DNA of 64,000 nt from an uncultured bacterium (GCA_903937035.1 CAIZXS010000017.1:660-64659); one strand, 5' to 3'; counted from the first letter of the stretch, positions 40,991 to 50,351 are shown. Translations and numbers: made by a program. Notes: generated by a model from the sequence alone, not told the origin.

Positions 40991-41141
40991 ATAATTTGCC
41001 AAGGCGGCCTAAGGAGGTAGGGAGCCATTGGCAAAAAGGGATTTCGAAATGTATCTACACAATACACTAGAAATCCCTTTTAATGTTGCAAAAAAAGCCC
41101 AAAGCATTCCTGCCCGAGCTTTTTTAAAAGTATTGTAAAAA

Positions 41142-41429
41142 CTATTTCTTCAATTTCTTCTTCGAAACCACTTTCTTGGTTTCGGCTTTTGGTTTTCGAA
41201 TTCTTTCCTTCTTTGTCTTTGGAGCAGCTTTTTTTTCGGCGATTTTCTTGAAACGGTCGACGCGACCAGCGGTGTCCATTGATTTCTTCTTGCCGGTGTA
41301 GAATGGGTGGCAAGCAGCGCAGATTTCTACCTTCATTTCTTTAACGGTAGACCCTGCCTCGATAATATTACCGCAAGCACAAATAATCTTGGCGTCTGGG
41401 AAATATTTAGGATGGATGTCTTTTTTCAT
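41142..41429 (-). CDS. rpmE: 50S ribosomal protein L31 with Lys-rich C-terminal tail
   Basis: MKKDIHPKY...CACGN...[11 protein letters not shown]. Confidence 0.9.
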   Translation of the reverse strand: MKKDIHPKYFPDAKIICACGNIIEAGSTVKEMKVEICAACHPFYTGKKKSMDTAGRVDRFKKIAEKKAAPKTKKERIRKPKAETKKVVSKKKLKK

Positions 41430-41557
41430 AAATTTCGTTGATTTTGGTTTTCATGAGTTGGAAATAAGGCTTAAATAAGGCCTGATTATAAGTACCCTGA
41501 AAACGCTAAATTTAGACTATTAATAACGCTAGGTAAATTTAGCACGCTTTCTAGAAA

Positions 41558-41586
41558 TTGACAAGTGGAGCGAGAGCTGATATAGT
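41558..41586 (+). promoter_or_regulatory. Candidate sigma-70 promoter (TTGACA-17-TATAGT) giving a ~165-nt rpsB leader
   Basis: Consensus hexamers; a long 5' UTR precedes rpsB as in autoregulated rpsB-tsf operons. Confidence 0.5.
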
Positions 41587-41751
41587 AGCTAGGTACAAAA
41601 ACTCATATTTTCCGAGCATTGTCCTGCCCTAGGACGCATACGGACTGGGGATTAAGATGCTGGTTTTAAAAGCAATTTTGAAATCAACGGAAAATAGCGG
41701 AAGCGTTTCTCACTTTTCTGAGAAGCGTATAATAATTAAAGGAATAATAAT

Positions 41752-42579
41752 ATGGAAGAGAAAAATGTTTCAGTTCCGACCGGGACTGAAAATGAAAAAG
41801 CGGCGGAAACTGTAGCCGATTGTTTTTCGGATTTCGATTTTTCAAAAATGGAAATCAGTATAGAAGAGATGTTCAAAAATGGCGTACATTTTGGACATCA
41901 TAAATCAAGAAAAAATCCCAAGATGGACGATTTCATTTTTGGTGTAAAAAATGGTATCAACATTCTTGATTTGCAAAAGACAGCTCAGATGCTAAAAGAA
42001 GCTTTGACTTTTATTGAAAAAGTTATTGCGAGCGGACAGAAAATTCTTTTTGTAGGAACAAAGAAGCAAGCCAAGAAAATTGTTGAGGCTGCGGCGAAAA
42101 GATGTGACATGCCCTATGTGACGGAGCGTTGGCTTGGTGGAACATTCACAAATTATTCCGCTATTTCTGGACGGACAAGATATCTTCGTGACGGACAAGA
42201 CAAGATGGAAAAAGGAGAATACGGGAAATATACCAAGTTTGAACAAATGAAGTTTGCTGAAGAGTTGGAGCGCTTGGAGACGAAAATGGGTGGAATAAAG
42301 CATATGGACAGATTGCCTGGTGCTATATTTGTGACTGGTGTTGTTGAAGATAATTTAGCAATCAAGGAGGCTAGGATCAAGAACATTCCTGTGATTGCGC
42401 TGGCTGACTCCAACATTGATCCGCGCGATATTGATTACATCATACCCGCTAATGAAGACGCCGTTTCTTCGCTTAAGATCCTGATGGCCTATGTTATCAA
42501 AGCTGTGCTTTCTGCTAAACAAAAAGTAGTAGCAGACAAAGCAGCGTTAGATAAAGCTGCAGCTGAGGTGAAAAATTAG
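41752..42579 (+). CDS. rpsB: 30S ribosomal protein S2
   Basis: FKNGVHFGHHKSRKNPKM...; true start may be the internal M at 41848. Confidence 0.92.
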   Translation: MEEKNVSVPTGTENEKAAETVADCFSDFDFSKMEISIEEMFKNGVHFGHHKSRKNPKMDDFIFGVKNGINILDLQKTAQMLKEALTFIEKVIASGQKILFVGTKKQAKKIVEAAAKRCDMPYVTERWLGGTFTNYSAISGRTRYLRDGQDKMEKGEYGKYTKFEQMKFAEELERLETKMGGIKHMDRLPGAIFVTGVVEDNLAIKEARIKNIPVIALADSNIDPRDIDYIIPANEDAVSSLKILMAYVIKAVLSAKQKVVADKAALDKAAAEVKN

Positions 42580-42600
42580 TAAATATTTTCTAAAAAAAAT

Positions 42601-43185
42601 ATGTCAAATCTAGAACAAATAAAAAAAATTAGAGAAATGCTTGGTTCAGGTATCGTGGAAACAAAAAAAGCCTTGGATGAAGCGGGTGGAGATGAGGAAA
42701 AGGCGATTGAGATTATTCGTAAGCGTGGGCAATTGAAGGCAGCAAAGAAGTCTGACCGTGAGGCTGGCGAAGGTGTTGTAGTATCTTACATTCATCCGAA
42801 TAATAAATTGGGTGCAATCGTGAAGCTTTATTGCGAGAGTGATTTCGTTGCTAGAAATACTGAATTTTTGGAATTAGCTAAAGATATCGCAATGCACATT
42901 TGCGCGATGAATCCGCAATATGTGAAACCAGAAGATGTTCCAGTTGCAACGCTTGAGAAAGAGAAAGAAATTTGGCAAGAGCAATTGAAGGCTGAGAATA
43001 AGCCAGCTGAAATTATGGCAAAAATTCTTGAGGGCAAAGAAAAAAAGTTCCGTGAAGAATTAGCCTTACTTACTCAAAGCTACGTCAAAAATCCAGACCA
43101 AACTGTTGAGGCGCTGATTACAGAAAAGATTGCCAAGATTGGAGAGAATATTCGCGTGGGAGGATTTACTCGAATGGAGTTATAA
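42601..43185 (+). CDS. tsf: Elongation factor Ts (short form)
   Basis: UBA-like N-terminus IKKIREMLGSGIVETKKALDEAGGDEEKAIE; dimerisation core. Confidence 0.92.
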   Translation: MSNLEQIKKIREMLGSGIVETKKALDEAGGDEEKAIEIIRKRGQLKAAKKSDREAGEGVVVSYIHPNNKLGAIVKLYCESDFVARNTEFLELAKDIAMHICAMNPQYVKPEDVPVATLEKEKEIWQEQLKAENKPAEIMAKILEGKEKKFREELALLTQSYVKNPDQTVEALITEKIAKIGENIRVGGFTRMEL

Positions 43186-43205
43186 AATAATAGGCTCGAA
43201 ATACA

Positions 43206-43979
43206 ATGAATGTTTTAGTAAAGATATATTCCTGGGAGAGTCCACGATTGTGCGCGAGTGAGATTAGGCTCAAAGCCGGAGATCGCGTAGTTGTGAATTG
43301 TGAGCATTTCAATGAAATGGGAGTTGTTGAGGCTGATGGAAAAGAGAATTGTCCAAAGGAGAAAGAACAGATTTTAAGACTTGCAACTACTCGAGATAAG
43401 GAGGCGTATGCTGCAAAGGAAATTGAAAAAGAGGAAGCCTTGGATTTTTGCAAGAGCGAACTTAAAAAACTGGGATTGGCAATGAAAGCGATTGATGCAA
43501 GGATTAGTCTTGATGGAAAGCAAATAATTTTCATTTTCACGTCAGATGGTAGGGTTGATTTTCGTGAGTTAGTAAAGAATCTCTCTCTGAAATTCAAAAA
43601 GGTAATCAGAATGCAGCAGATCGGTTCTCGTGATGAAGCAAGAAAGTTAGGTGATTGTGGTGTGTGTGGAAGAGCGATGTGTTGCATTAAGGCGAAAAAT
43701 AACATTCCTAGTATTACGACAGATATGGCGAGAGTTCAACAAATAGCACACAGAGGGACTGAGCGAATTTCTGGAGCTTGTGGGAGACTGATGTGTTGTT
43801 TAGCATATGAAGCACAAAGTTACAGAGAGATGCTCGTGGGAATGCCAGAAGCCTATAGTGCGATTAGCACAGTTGAGGGTGAGGGCACGGTTATAGAGAT
43901 AAATGCGATTACGCAGGAAATTAAGGTTAAACTGAAGAGTGGAAAATATCTGACAATGAAGAAGGATCAGATCAAATAA
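43206..43979 (+). CDS. yaaT: PSP1 C-terminal domain protein (YaaT/RicT-like)
   Basis: Paired Cys motifs CGVCGRAMCC and CGRLMCC typical of the PSP1 domain. Confidence 0.8.
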   Translation: MNVLVKIYSWESPRLCASEIRLKAGDRVVVNCEHFNEMGVVEADGKENCPKEKEQILRLATTRDKEAYAAKEIEKEEALDFCKSELKKLGLAMKAIDARISLDGKQIIFIFTSDGRVDFRELVKNLSLKFKKVIRMQQIGSRDEARKLGDCGVCGRAMCCIKAKNNIPSITTDMARVQQIAHRGTERISGACGRLMCCLAYEAQSYREMLVGMPEAYSAISTVEGEGTVIEINAITQEIKVKLKSGKYLTMKKDQIK

Positions 43980-43997
43980 AATAAAATTATTCAATTT

Positions 43998-44780
43998 ATG
44001 TTATATTCAATTATTCCACCAATTTTAGTGATTTTGAGCGTTATTGGAATAATTATTTTTTTGGTCAAGAAGGCCCCGGAAATTAATCGTCTGGAGAGAG
44101 AAGAGAAGATGGAAAAGGAAAGGGAGTTTCGAGCAGCGTCAGGTGGCTCTGGTAATTTTTCCGATAGAGGTGTAGCTGAATCAAGAGTATCTTCAAAAAT
44201 AAAGCAAGGTTCATTGGTTTTTCTGGAAAAGTTGGTCAAGCGTTTTCGAATTATTTTTTTGAAGTTAGAGAATACGCTGAAAACTTGGGGTGAGGGAATC
44301 AGAAAAAAAAGGGATTCTAAGTCAGGCAGTGATGTCTTGAACGCAGAGCTCCAATCAAGGACTGATCAATTTGAAGAAGAAATGACTAAGCCAAAAGAGA
44401 ATGAAGCCTTGGATGGTATTGTTGATAAGACGGGACGGTACAATCCGGAAAAACGAAATATTCGTGAAAGATTAGGATTGAGGCAGGTGGCCAGACAAGA
44501 GGAGGTGGAGGAGAAGTTTTTTCGACCATTTGTCAGCGATCATGTTGTTGTTCCCAAAAGAAGGCGAGAGACAAAGAGTCGCCTAGAGGAATTGCTAATA
44601 GAGAGGATTGCTGCAAATCCAAAAGATATCGAGGCTTATGAAAGATTGGGAGAATATTATCTAGAAGTGAAAAACTTGGAACATTCCAAAGAATGCTTTA
44701 AGCAGGTACTGAGATTGAACCCGACAAATAAGAATGCAAGGTATAAAATAAGAAAACTGGAAAAAATCCTGGGAAGCTGA
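43998..44780 (+). CDS. Membrane-anchored TPR-repeat protein
   Basis: N-terminal TM helix; C-terminal TPR consensus AYERLGEYYLEVKNLEHSKECFKQVLRLNP. Confidence 0.55.
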   Translation: MLYSIIPPILVILSVIGIIIFLVKKAPEINRLEREEKMEKEREFRAASGGSGNFSDRGVAESRVSSKIKQGSLVFLEKLVKRFRIIFLKLENTLKTWGEGIRKKRDSKSGSDVLNAELQSRTDQFEEEMTKPKENEALDGIVDKTGRYNPEKRNIRERLGLRQVARQEEVEEKFFRPFVSDHVVVPKRRRETKSRLEELLIERIAANPKDIEAYERLGEYYLEVKNLEHSKECFKQVLRLNPTNKNARYKIRKLEKILGS

Positions 44781-44866
44781 TAGAATAGTATGGTATGAAA
44801 AATAGTGTCCGCCTGCAACGTTTTATCGACAATGCGGGCAAGCCAGAAGTGGCGCTATTGATGTGG

Positions 44867-45014
44867 TGTATTGCCGAAGTAGCGGAGTGGCAGAGCAACA
44901 GTTTGGTAAATAGTTGCGCTATCAAGGTTTGAAAACAAAATGTATTGCCGAAGTAGCGGAGTGGCAGAGCAACAGTTTGGTAAATAGTTGCGCTATCAAG
45001 GTTTGAAAACAAAA
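44867..45014 (+). repeat. Tandem direct repeat, 2 x 74 bp, each a degenerate copy of the 5' ~50 nt of tRNA-Thr(UGU) plus its leader
   Basis: The unit TGTATTGCCGAAGTAGCGGAGTGGCAGAGCAACAGTTTGGTAAATAGTTGCGCTATCAAGGTTTGAAAACAAAA occurs twice; a third copy runs into the real tRNA. Confidence 0.85.
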
Positions 45015-45020
45015 TGTATT

Positions 45021-45092
45021 GCCGAAGTAGCTCAATGGCAGAGCAACTGTTTTGTAAACAGTAGGTTATCGGTTCAACTCCGATCTTCGGCT
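45021..45092 (+). tRNA. tRNA-Thr (anticodon TGT)
   Basis: Acceptor GCCGAAG/CTTCGGC; anticodon loop TTTGTAA; T-loop TTCAACT; CCA not encoded. Confidence 0.85.
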
Positions 45093-45119
45093 CAAAAAAA
45101 TGAAAATAAAGGAAATAGT

Positions 45120-45203
45120 GGGTCTGTGGCGGAGCAGTCCCTGCCTACCGGCAGGCAGGAATCTCAGCTGAATGTAAATCAGCCGATCTCGTATCTACGC
45201 AGG
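45120..45203 (+). pseudogene. tRNA-Tyr pseudocopy: 5' two-thirds retained with a palindrome inserted in the D-loop; T-arm and acceptor 3' strand missing
   Basis: GGGTCTGTGGCGGAG...AATCTCAGCTGAATGTAAATCAGCCGATCTCGTATCTACGCAGG aligns to the intact tRNA-Tyr; CCTGCCTACCGGCAGGCAGG inserted at 45139-45159. Confidence 0.75.
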
Positions 45204-45257
45204 CGCGTCCCTCACCAATTTTGAACAATTAAAATATTTAGGGTAGAAGAAGCACAT

Positions 45258-45341
45258 GGGTCGGTGGCGGAGTGGTCAATCGCAGCTGACTGTAAATCAG
45301 CCGATCTCGTATCTACGCAGGTTCGAACCCTGCCCGGCCCA
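45258..45341 (+). tRNA. tRNA-Tyr (anticodon GTA), type II with long variable arm
   Basis: Acceptor GGGTCGG/CCGGCCC (one T.G pair); anticodon loop CTGTAAA; T-arm GCAGG-TTCGAAC-CCTGC. Confidence 0.85.
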
Positions 45342-45403
45342 CAAGGATACCCTAGTTCGAAATTGGTGAGGGATGAAAACCCTGCCCGGCCCATATCATT
45401 CAT

Positions 45404-45476
45404 GCCGTTGTAGCTCAGTCGGTAGAGCATTTCCATGGTAAGGAAAAGGTCTCCGGTCCGATTCCGGACAACGGCT
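45404..45476 (+). tRNA. tRNA-Thr (anticodon GGT)
   Basis: Acceptor GCCGTTG/CAACGGC; anticodon loop ATGGTAA; T-loop TCCGATT. Confidence 0.85.
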
Positions 45477-45531
45477 CACAGAATTATTGAAGAGAAAGTT
45501 TAATTAAGTTAAATTATTTTTTTATACCATT

Positions 45532-45687
45532 ATGTCACGAGAAAACTTAGCAAAGCTGAAATGCTTGGAATGCGCCAACATTAATTATTTCACAACCAGA
45601 AATAAGAAAAAACTGAAGGAAAAATTGGAAATGAAAAAACATTGTCCAAAATGCAAAAAACATACATTGCATAAGGAGATGAAGTAG
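45532..45687 (+). CDS. rpmG: 50S ribosomal protein L33
   Basis: [51 protein letters not shown]; below the ORF-track cutoff, found by eye. Confidence 0.85.
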   Translation: MSRENLAKLKCLECANINYFTTRNKKKLKEKLEMKKHCPKCKKHTLHKEMK

Positions 45688-45761
45688 GGTTTAGAGCAAA
45701 GTTCTCCGTCCTTGCGAACGATAGCGGGCTTGCCCGCCGAAGTCCGCTGTGGCGGACGCAG

Positions 45762-45832
45762 GCGGGATTCGTACAGTGGTAGTACGGGAGTCTCCAAAAC
45801 TTCTAACGTAGGTTCGATTCCTACATCCCGTG
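45762..45832 (+). tRNA. tRNA-Trp (anticodon CCA); G1.U72 wobble in acceptor stem
   Basis: Acceptor GCGGGAT/ATCCCGT; anticodon loop CTCCAAA; T-arm GTAGG-TTCGATT-CCTAC. Confidence 0.7.
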
Positions 45833-45855
45833 CACTTGAGAATAGAACCAACTTG

Positions 45856-45880
45856 AGGCTTGGATAAGGCCTCTTTTTGG
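45856..45880 (+). terminator. Hairpin plus T-run downstream of tRNA-Trp (prototype of the hairpin in the island repeats)
   Basis: GAGGCTTGGATAAGGCCTC followed by TTTTT. Confidence 0.55.
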
Positions 45881-45976
45881 TTCTAATTTTTTTAGAAAAA
45901 TATAAAACCCCGAATTTATGGGGTTTTGGTTTTGGTAGATATTCGCGAACGAACTCGCAAATATCTACCATTAAGG

Positions 45977-48451
45977 TTACCAGTCGTATAGTTCGAGGAA
46001 TTCCTCGAACGCTTTTTTAAAGGTTCTTTTTTCCACTTCTTTCCGTCCGACTTTACCCATGGTCTGGAGCATCTCTTTGTCCAGGGCGATAGCCGCGATG
46101 ATCTGGTCGCGCAGAGCATAGACACTCAATCCTTCGACGATAAAACCATCAAAGCCATGGCGGACATTTTCTTTTGGTCCGCCGATGTCAGTGACAATGA
46201 TTGGTAGGCCACAGGCATGGGATTCCAGGACGACATTGCCGAATGTATCTTTGGTCGAAGGAAAGACGAATAGGTCTGCTTTCTGGTAGCACTGAACCAA
46301 TTCTGCTCCCTCGAGATAGCCGGTAAATTCTACGGGGAAGCCACGGAGTTTTTTTTCCATTTTTTCCCGATAAGGACCATCGCCGACGACGATTAATTTG
46401 ATGTTGCTGCGGTTGAGTAGCTTAAATGCGTCAACTAAGATGGGCAGGTCTTTGTCTGAACTGATTCGGCCGACGTAGAGCAAGCGGAAGATTCCATCAT
46501 CTGGTTTTGGTCCTGGCTGGAAACGCTCCGTGTCGACACCTTTGGGGACGAGAACGATTTTTTCCGGTGGGACGGCGTTACGGATCAAGTCATCTCGGAA
46601 ATACAGTGACGGCACAAAAATCTTGTCACAATAACGATAAAACCAGCGGAGATATTTCCACATCGCATCTTCAGCCATCGGTTCTTCAGTGTAGGTACGG
46701 ATATATTGTGGCAGGGCGGTGTGATGGGTGATGTAGAGCGGAACCTTGAAGATAGTGGAGAGGCCGAGGCCGAACAGTCCCATACTGGCTGGCGTCGCTA
46801 CATGGATGTGAGTGAAATCTTGTTGGTAAAAATATTCCAGCATTTCAAGCATCGGTGGCCAGATCATCTTTACTTCCGGGTAAAATGGCAAGTCGCAGGA
46901 GGCGACAGGCGGGAAAACTTTTTCACCCCATTGACTTTCTTGGTTATCGCAGATAATTAGTTTATAATCGAGTGCCAGCTCTTCCGCTAGTATCTGCATT
47001 TGTTGTAGATTACGCGACACACCGTTCATTGCATGAAAGGTGTCAGTCAGATGAGCGACTCTCAATTTTTTCAATTCATACCCTGGTTTTTCCAATATTT
47101 CCGCGGCTAATTTTCTGGCGCCTAACCGAGTGTCATGAAAGATAAAATAGGCCAGATAAAATCCGATTGGAAAGACGCTGGCGAGGACGGCCAACGATAG
47201 GACACTTCGCATAATTTCAAAAATATCGCCTTTTTTGTTTGCTTCAACGATGTGATTGATGATATGCCGGATGCTTTCGTCCAGGACGCTAGAGAAAAGC
47301 TCGAACCATCCTTTGGAATGGTTCGGTTGCTTGCTATCTGATTTATCCTCGGCTACTTTTGTCAGGATGCTTATCAGCACTGATTGAAAATCGGAACTGT
47401 CTACTTGTTGGCTACCGAAAAAAGTTTTTGCTTTTACGAAAAGTGATTTCAGGAAGCGTTTATGACCGTTACTCTGGTCGAGAAAAGTATCAATTATTTG
47501 CAGTGCCTCGTTGTAGGGAATGATCTCTTCTAGAGCAGTTGAATGTTTGATCTTTTGATAGAGGATGCTGTAGAGATCCTGAGCCATATCCATCGGCACC
47601 GAACCTTGGCCGATAATCTCGATTTTTTCCGGTGAGGAAAAAATGTCAGCGATAGTTTTACCGGGGTGCCAAGTATAAACTTTCGCCCCTTTTAGTCCGG
47701 AGTGGTCATCACTGCCACCGATAAAAAACTTTTTCAGTGGATTGGTGAGTGCGTCTTTGATTCCAAACTTTTGGGCGATGGCTTCCAGTTGATCGCCTGA
47801 GACTTCTCTGACTACTTTCCGGACGAGCTGATTAAACTCTTCGCTTCGTGCGCCGTTAATCTCAAAAAAATCAAACAGTACCAAAAGTTGCCGAACATGG
47901 TCAGCGGTCAAAAGATTGTTGACCGAATAAAGCGGGTGTGCCAGTGCGTGATTGATCTTCTCAGTACGTAAATAGCGAACTAGGCCGTAGATGTTGAAGC
48001 GCAGTTCGATGGTCTTGTGGTACTGTGCGACAGTGATCTCGTAGACTAATACATGGACTTTGCAGCCATCGAGAAAGTGTCCGGTAATCTCAGCGCAGAG
48101 CGGACAAAATAGACCGGCTGCATTTAGATCCAGACAACCCTGAATCTCATTATGATCAGTCAGGGCAATTTCACTCATTCCTTTCTCTTTTAATTTTCTG
48201 TAGTAATCCTTTGGATCCACCAGTGATTCAGGATAAAATGGGAATTTGTGCCTGACCCAATTGGTTGGTTCTGTCGAATGTCGCGAATGTCCGTGCAGAT
48301 CAATCAGTATTCCTACTTGATCTGATCCTAACTCTTTTATCGTCATTCCTATCCTCCTTGTTTCGGGTTGTGATTTTGTTGGTAAGGGGCCGTTTCTCCT
48401 TATGCTTGAAGTGTAGCTAAGGGAAGCGGAATGGTCAAATTTATCAAGCAA
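45977..48451 (-). CDS. Fusion protein: N-terminal PHP phosphoesterase domain plus C-terminal family-1 (GT4-type) glycosyltransferase
   Basis: PHP motifs DLHGHSRHS...TDHN...GGSDDHS; GT-B C-terminal domain with E-x7-E-like region FPSTKDTFGNVVLESHACGLP. True start may be the internal M at ~48346. Confidence 0.75.
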   Translation of the reverse strand: MLDKFDHSASLSYTSSIRRNGPLPTKSQPETRRIGMTIKELGSDQVGILIDLHGHSRHSTEPTNWVRHKFPFYPESLVDPKDYYRKLKEKGMSEIALTDHNEIQGCLDLNAAGLFCPLCAEITGHFLDGCKVHVLVYEITVAQYHKTIELRFNIYGLVRYLRTEKINHALAHPLYSVNNLLTADHVRQLLVLFDFFEINGARSEEFNQLVRKVVREVSGDQLEAIAQKFGIKDALTNPLKKFFIGGSDDHSGLKGAKVYTWHPGKTIADIFSSPEKIEIIGQGSVPMDMAQDLYSILYQKIKHSTALEEIIPYNEALQIIDTFLDQSNGHKRFLKSLFVKAKTFFGSQQVDSSDFQSVLISILTKVAEDKSDSKQPNHSKGWFELFSSVLDESIRHIINHIVEANKKGDIFEIMRSVLSLAVLASVFPIGFYLAYFIFHDTRLGARKLAAEILEKPGYELKKLRVAHLTDTFHAMNGVSRNLQQMQILAEELALDYKLIICDNQESQWGEKVFPPVASCDLPFYPEVKMIWPPMLEMLEYFYQQDFTHIHVATPASMGLFGLGLSTIFKVPLYITHHTALPQYIRTYTEEPMAEDAMWKYLRWFYRYCDKIFVPSLYFRDDLIRNAVPPEKIVLVPKGVDTERFQPGPKPDDGIFRLLYVGRISSDKDLPILVDAFKLLNRSNIKLIVVGDGPYREKMEKKLRGFPVEFTGYLEGAELVQCYQKADLFVFPSTKDTFGNVVLESHACGLPIIVTDIGGPKENVRHGFDGFIVEGLSVYALRDQIIAAIALDKEMLQTMGKVGRKEVEKRTFKKAFEEFLELYDW

Positions 48452-48673
48452 TAAAAATAATTGCTTTGAATAAAAGCAAAATTAATAGTTTTATTATTTT
48501 TTTACGTCTTTTTCTTTTGGCTGTTCCAACTTATCTAGTATAGCAGATATTGATAATCAAGGCTCAACTTGAACAATCTTCACGTCTATGCTACGTTTAA
48601 GCAGTTCATTGACAAATAGGAGTGGTGAAAATAAGCCTGGAAACATCAGATCAACAATAAAAAGGAGGCTGGG

Positions 48674-49210
48674 ATGAAACAAGTCCGAAGAATTATGATC
48701 TTTTACGCTTTTTTGATCATGACCAATATTGGCATCTTCGGATATGAATATTGGATCGTCAGGATGTCTTTTGGTCAGACCATCCTGGCTAGGTGTGTCA
48801 CTTTGGTGACGGACGTGTTTGAGGCAATCTTTTTTATCGACTCACAATTTTTGAAAAGGATCTCATTGGCTATCATCAGGAAACTGCCCGTAAAGATTGT
48901 CTGGAGCTGGTTGGAAAGCGGTTTACGCTTAGCGCTCATTGGACCGACGGTCTATCTGGTCAAGATGATTATACTGAATATTTTTCTGTTATTTCGGAGT
49001 TTCAACATCAATCCAATCAAGACAGAAAAAGTTCTATTCGCCTATTGTATTTCATTGGTGCTTTCTTTCTGTTGGGGAGCAGCCTTTGATCTTTTTCTGG
49101 AAGATTGGGCCAATAAATTTCTTTGTTTTTTACGGACAAAACTGTCCAGAGAGAAGAAATCTCAATGTGGGAAGGGAAATGAACTATGTGCAAAAAAAGT
49201 GAATGGTTAG
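48674..49210 (+). CDS. Four-TM membrane protein, overlaps the sigma-factor gene start
   Basis: 178 aa hydrophobic ORF; 25-nt overlap with the downstream sigma gene suggests co-transcription. Confidence 0.45.
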   Translation: MKQVRRIMIFYAFLIMTNIGIFGYEYWIVRMSFGQTILARCVTLVTDVFEAIFFIDSQFLKRISLAIIRKLPVKIVWSWLESGLRLALIGPTVYLVKMIILNIFLLFRSFNINPIKTEKVLFAYCISLVLSFCWGAAFDLFLEDWANKFLCFLRTKLSREKKSQCGKGNELCAKKVNG

Positions 49211-50061
49211 AAAATGATATAACCCAGGCGTATCTTCGCGAGGTTAAAAGTAGCCCCTTGCTCTCCCGAGAAGAAGAAGTTGAATTGGCAAAAAGAATCG
49301 AACTAGGAGATGAGCAAGCGCTTAAGCTGTTTATCCAGTCGAATCTTCGGCTAGTTATTCGTTTCGCCAAAATCTATTCACGCTACAACAAGCATGTGCA
49401 ATTGCTTGATTGCATTCAAGAAGGCAATATTGGGCTGATGCAAGCAGTGAAAGGATTCGATTGGCGGCTAGGTTATAAATTTTCCACTTACGCTACTGAT
49501 TGGATTCGCCAAGGAATTATGAAAGCCACTATATCTGACAATGGGGCGATCCATCTTCCATCTGAAGTGGGAGAGGCCATAATAAAGCTTAGAAAGACGG
49601 AAAGTGAGCTGTTGAGAATCTTGGTTCGGCAGCCATCAATAGAAGAGATTGCGGAGCGAATGGGTATCTCGCAAGAGGAAGTTTTAATGTTAATTAGGAA
49701 GATGCGGAGAGCGAAATCTTTGAACGATCCAATGTCTGATGAAGATGATGCTGTGGAATTTGGGGATATGCAGCCAGACAAGGCGAGCTGTTCTGTTGAA
49801 GATCTTGTCATTAACAAGGAGCTTGGGGAAAAAATTTCACAGGCGATGGATGCTCTGACTGAAGAAGAAAGGCAAATTTTTTTGCTTATGGTAAGCGGAG
49901 ATCTCTTTATAAAAGAGATTGCAGAAAAGCTTTGCCTGAGGCCGGAAAAAATCAGGCAGATCTATAGTGTTGCTATTAGAAAGTTAAGGGAAGTAAAAGA
50001 ACTCAAACCATACCGAAATACTGTTTCCAAGATTAAAATGGATAAATGCCGTAAAAAATAG
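49186..50061 (+). CDS. Sigma-70 family RNA polymerase sigma factor (regions 1.2, 2, 3, 4; not ECF)
   Basis: Region 2 LVIRFAKIYS...LLDCIQEGNIGLMQAVKGFDWRLGYKFSTYATDWIRQGI; region 4 HTH EIAEKLCLRPEKIRQIYSVAIRKLRE. Confidence 0.85.
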   Translation: MCKKSEWLENDITQAYLREVKSSPLLSREEEVELAKRIELGDEQALKLFIQSNLRLVIRFAKIYSRYNKHVQLLDCIQEGNIGLMQAVKGFDWRLGYKFSTYATDWIRQGIMKATISDNGAIHLPSEVGEAIIKLRKTESELLRILVRQPSIEEIAERMGISQEEVLMLIRKMRRAKSLNDPMSDEDDAVEFGDMQPDKASCSVEDLVINKELGEKISQAMDALTEEERQIFLLMVSGDLFIKEIAEKLCLRPEKIRQIYSVAIRKLREVKELKPYRNTVSKIKMDKCRKK

Positions 50062-50104
50062 AAGAACTCTGGACGCAATGCGTTCAGGGTTCTTTTCTTT
50101 TTGC

Positions 50105-50279
50105 ATAGTGAGTGACACGGTGGGGTAATTTATATTTGCGGACTTAAATCAGGGATATGAATATATTCCTTTCTACTCATAAAAATAGTTCTAACGTCCT
50201 TCACTATCCCGTGCATGACACAAAAAGAGGCTTATTTAAGCCTGTTTTTTGATAGGGCAGTGGGAAGTTAGAACTTTTT
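50105..50279 (+). repeat. Island repeat R1: degenerate tRNA-Trp copy (50151-50215), hairpin (50222-50250), GGGCAGTGGGAAGTTAGAAC box
   Basis: Segment ATAAAAATAGTTCTAACGTCCTTCACTATCCCGTGCA against tRNA-Trp CAAAACTTCTAACGT...ATCCCGTGCA; about 175 bp shared with R3. Confidence 0.8.
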
Positions 50280-50290
50280 GAAAAGTTGTA

Positions 50291-50318
50291 TTGACTGTTT
50301 TTCTTAATATGGTATACT
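50291..50318 (+). promoter_or_regulatory. Sigma-70 promoter TTGACT-16-TGGTATACT for fic-1
   Basis: Near-consensus -35 and extended -10, 33 nt upstream of the ATG. Confidence 0.55.
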
Positions 50319-50351
50319 GCCAATAAAGAGCTAAACCATATTAAAAAACAT

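Noticed and set aside
45585-45971. 128-aa minus-strand ORF
   Set aside because: It overlaps rpmG (plus strand) and tRNA-Trp and has no recognisable domain; judged spurious.
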